From Lobosporangium transversale (taxonomy: Eukaryota): DNA of 64,000 nt. Each line of letters opens with the position of its first letter. Within the stretch, counting starts at the first letter, position 1. This document shows, piece by piece, positions 63,550 to 64,000 of the stretch. The translations under genes were made by a program, and so were the position numbers. The stretch lies in the NCBI RefSeq assembly GCF_002105155.1, contig NW_019029006.1:372001-436000 (forward strand), given 5' to 3'. The notes below the pieces were generated by a model. The model was not told the DNA's origin. It searched no databases and saw only the letters and a list, made by a program, of their open reading frames with translations.

Positions 63550-63765
63550 CCACTCCGCTCCACTCCACTCCACTTCAGTTCATTCTCATTTAGATTCTTT
63601 TTTATTTTTTATTTTTTATTTTTTTTTCGCAAAAAGAGACTCGGAATTATTTTTCACTCTATTCCTCTATCTTTCTACTGCCCTTTATTTTATTTTATTA
63701 TATCTTACTTGTGGTCTCCTCCTTTTGAGGCCATATCTTTACAACCGAAAAAAATAATACATAGT

Positions 63766-64000
63766 ATGCCACATATCATCGACTCAAAACCTGCATCTAC
63801 AGGCCCCGCAACAGCAGGGATAGGAATACATGCAACCGCAACCGCCTCCCGCACAACAATCATTGCCAAACATCAATCCTCATCCCCTCTTGCGAAAGAA
63901 ACCCCTGTTGCCGCAGCAAGCAAAACAATGGATATCGGGTCCGAGTCCGAATCCGAGTCCGTGTATTCTTTGTACACGGATGATTCCGAACTTGATGAAA
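63766..64000 (+). CDS. 5' end of an unidentified gene that runs off the window
   Basis: An ATG after a T-rich tract opens MPHIIDSKPASTG...ESESESVYSLYTDDSELDE with no stop before the window end. Confidence 0.5.
   Translation, partial: MPHIIDSKPASTGPATAGIGIHATATASRTTIIAKHQSSSPLAKETPVAAASKTMDIGSESESESVYSLYTDDSELDE

Overview
Eukaryotic, fungal sequence with spliceosomal introns (GT-AG, CTAAY branch sites) and very long poly-A/T tracts; gene content suggests an early-diverging fungus such as Mortierellaceae (inference). Ordinary genes: UDP-glucose 4-epimerase, a mucin-like membrane protein, rhodanese, a small secreted protein, succinate-semialdehyde dehydrogenase, an ElaA-type GNAT, Prm10/ThrE, SAP-VMP1, two AAAP amino-acid transporters, a YANK/STK32 kinase, a kelch protein, a paraoxonase-like protein, a She10/LEA-like protein, cyclin L, and two identical tRNA-Pro(AGG) genes. 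The stand-out is a 4-exon minus-strand gene (15029->11631) that the ORF track breaks into pieces. Spliced by hand it gives about 1050 aa, with an N-terminal XPG/FEN1-type (PIN-fold) nuclease fused to a C-terminal Fanzor/TnpB-type RuvC nuclease that keeps its D/E/D triad and a zinc finger. It carries two 1-nt homopolymer frameshifts. It is followed by a candidate omega-RNA region that contains a canonical 3'-UTR intron, and no transposase is visible. Next to it is a tRNA-associated insertion hotspot: a solo LTR with a 4-bp TSD, a tRNA-headed SINE with a 21-bp TSD nested in it, and LINE-like tails, all 75-105 bp upstream of the tRNA-Pro genes. All calls come from manual reading; no searches were run.
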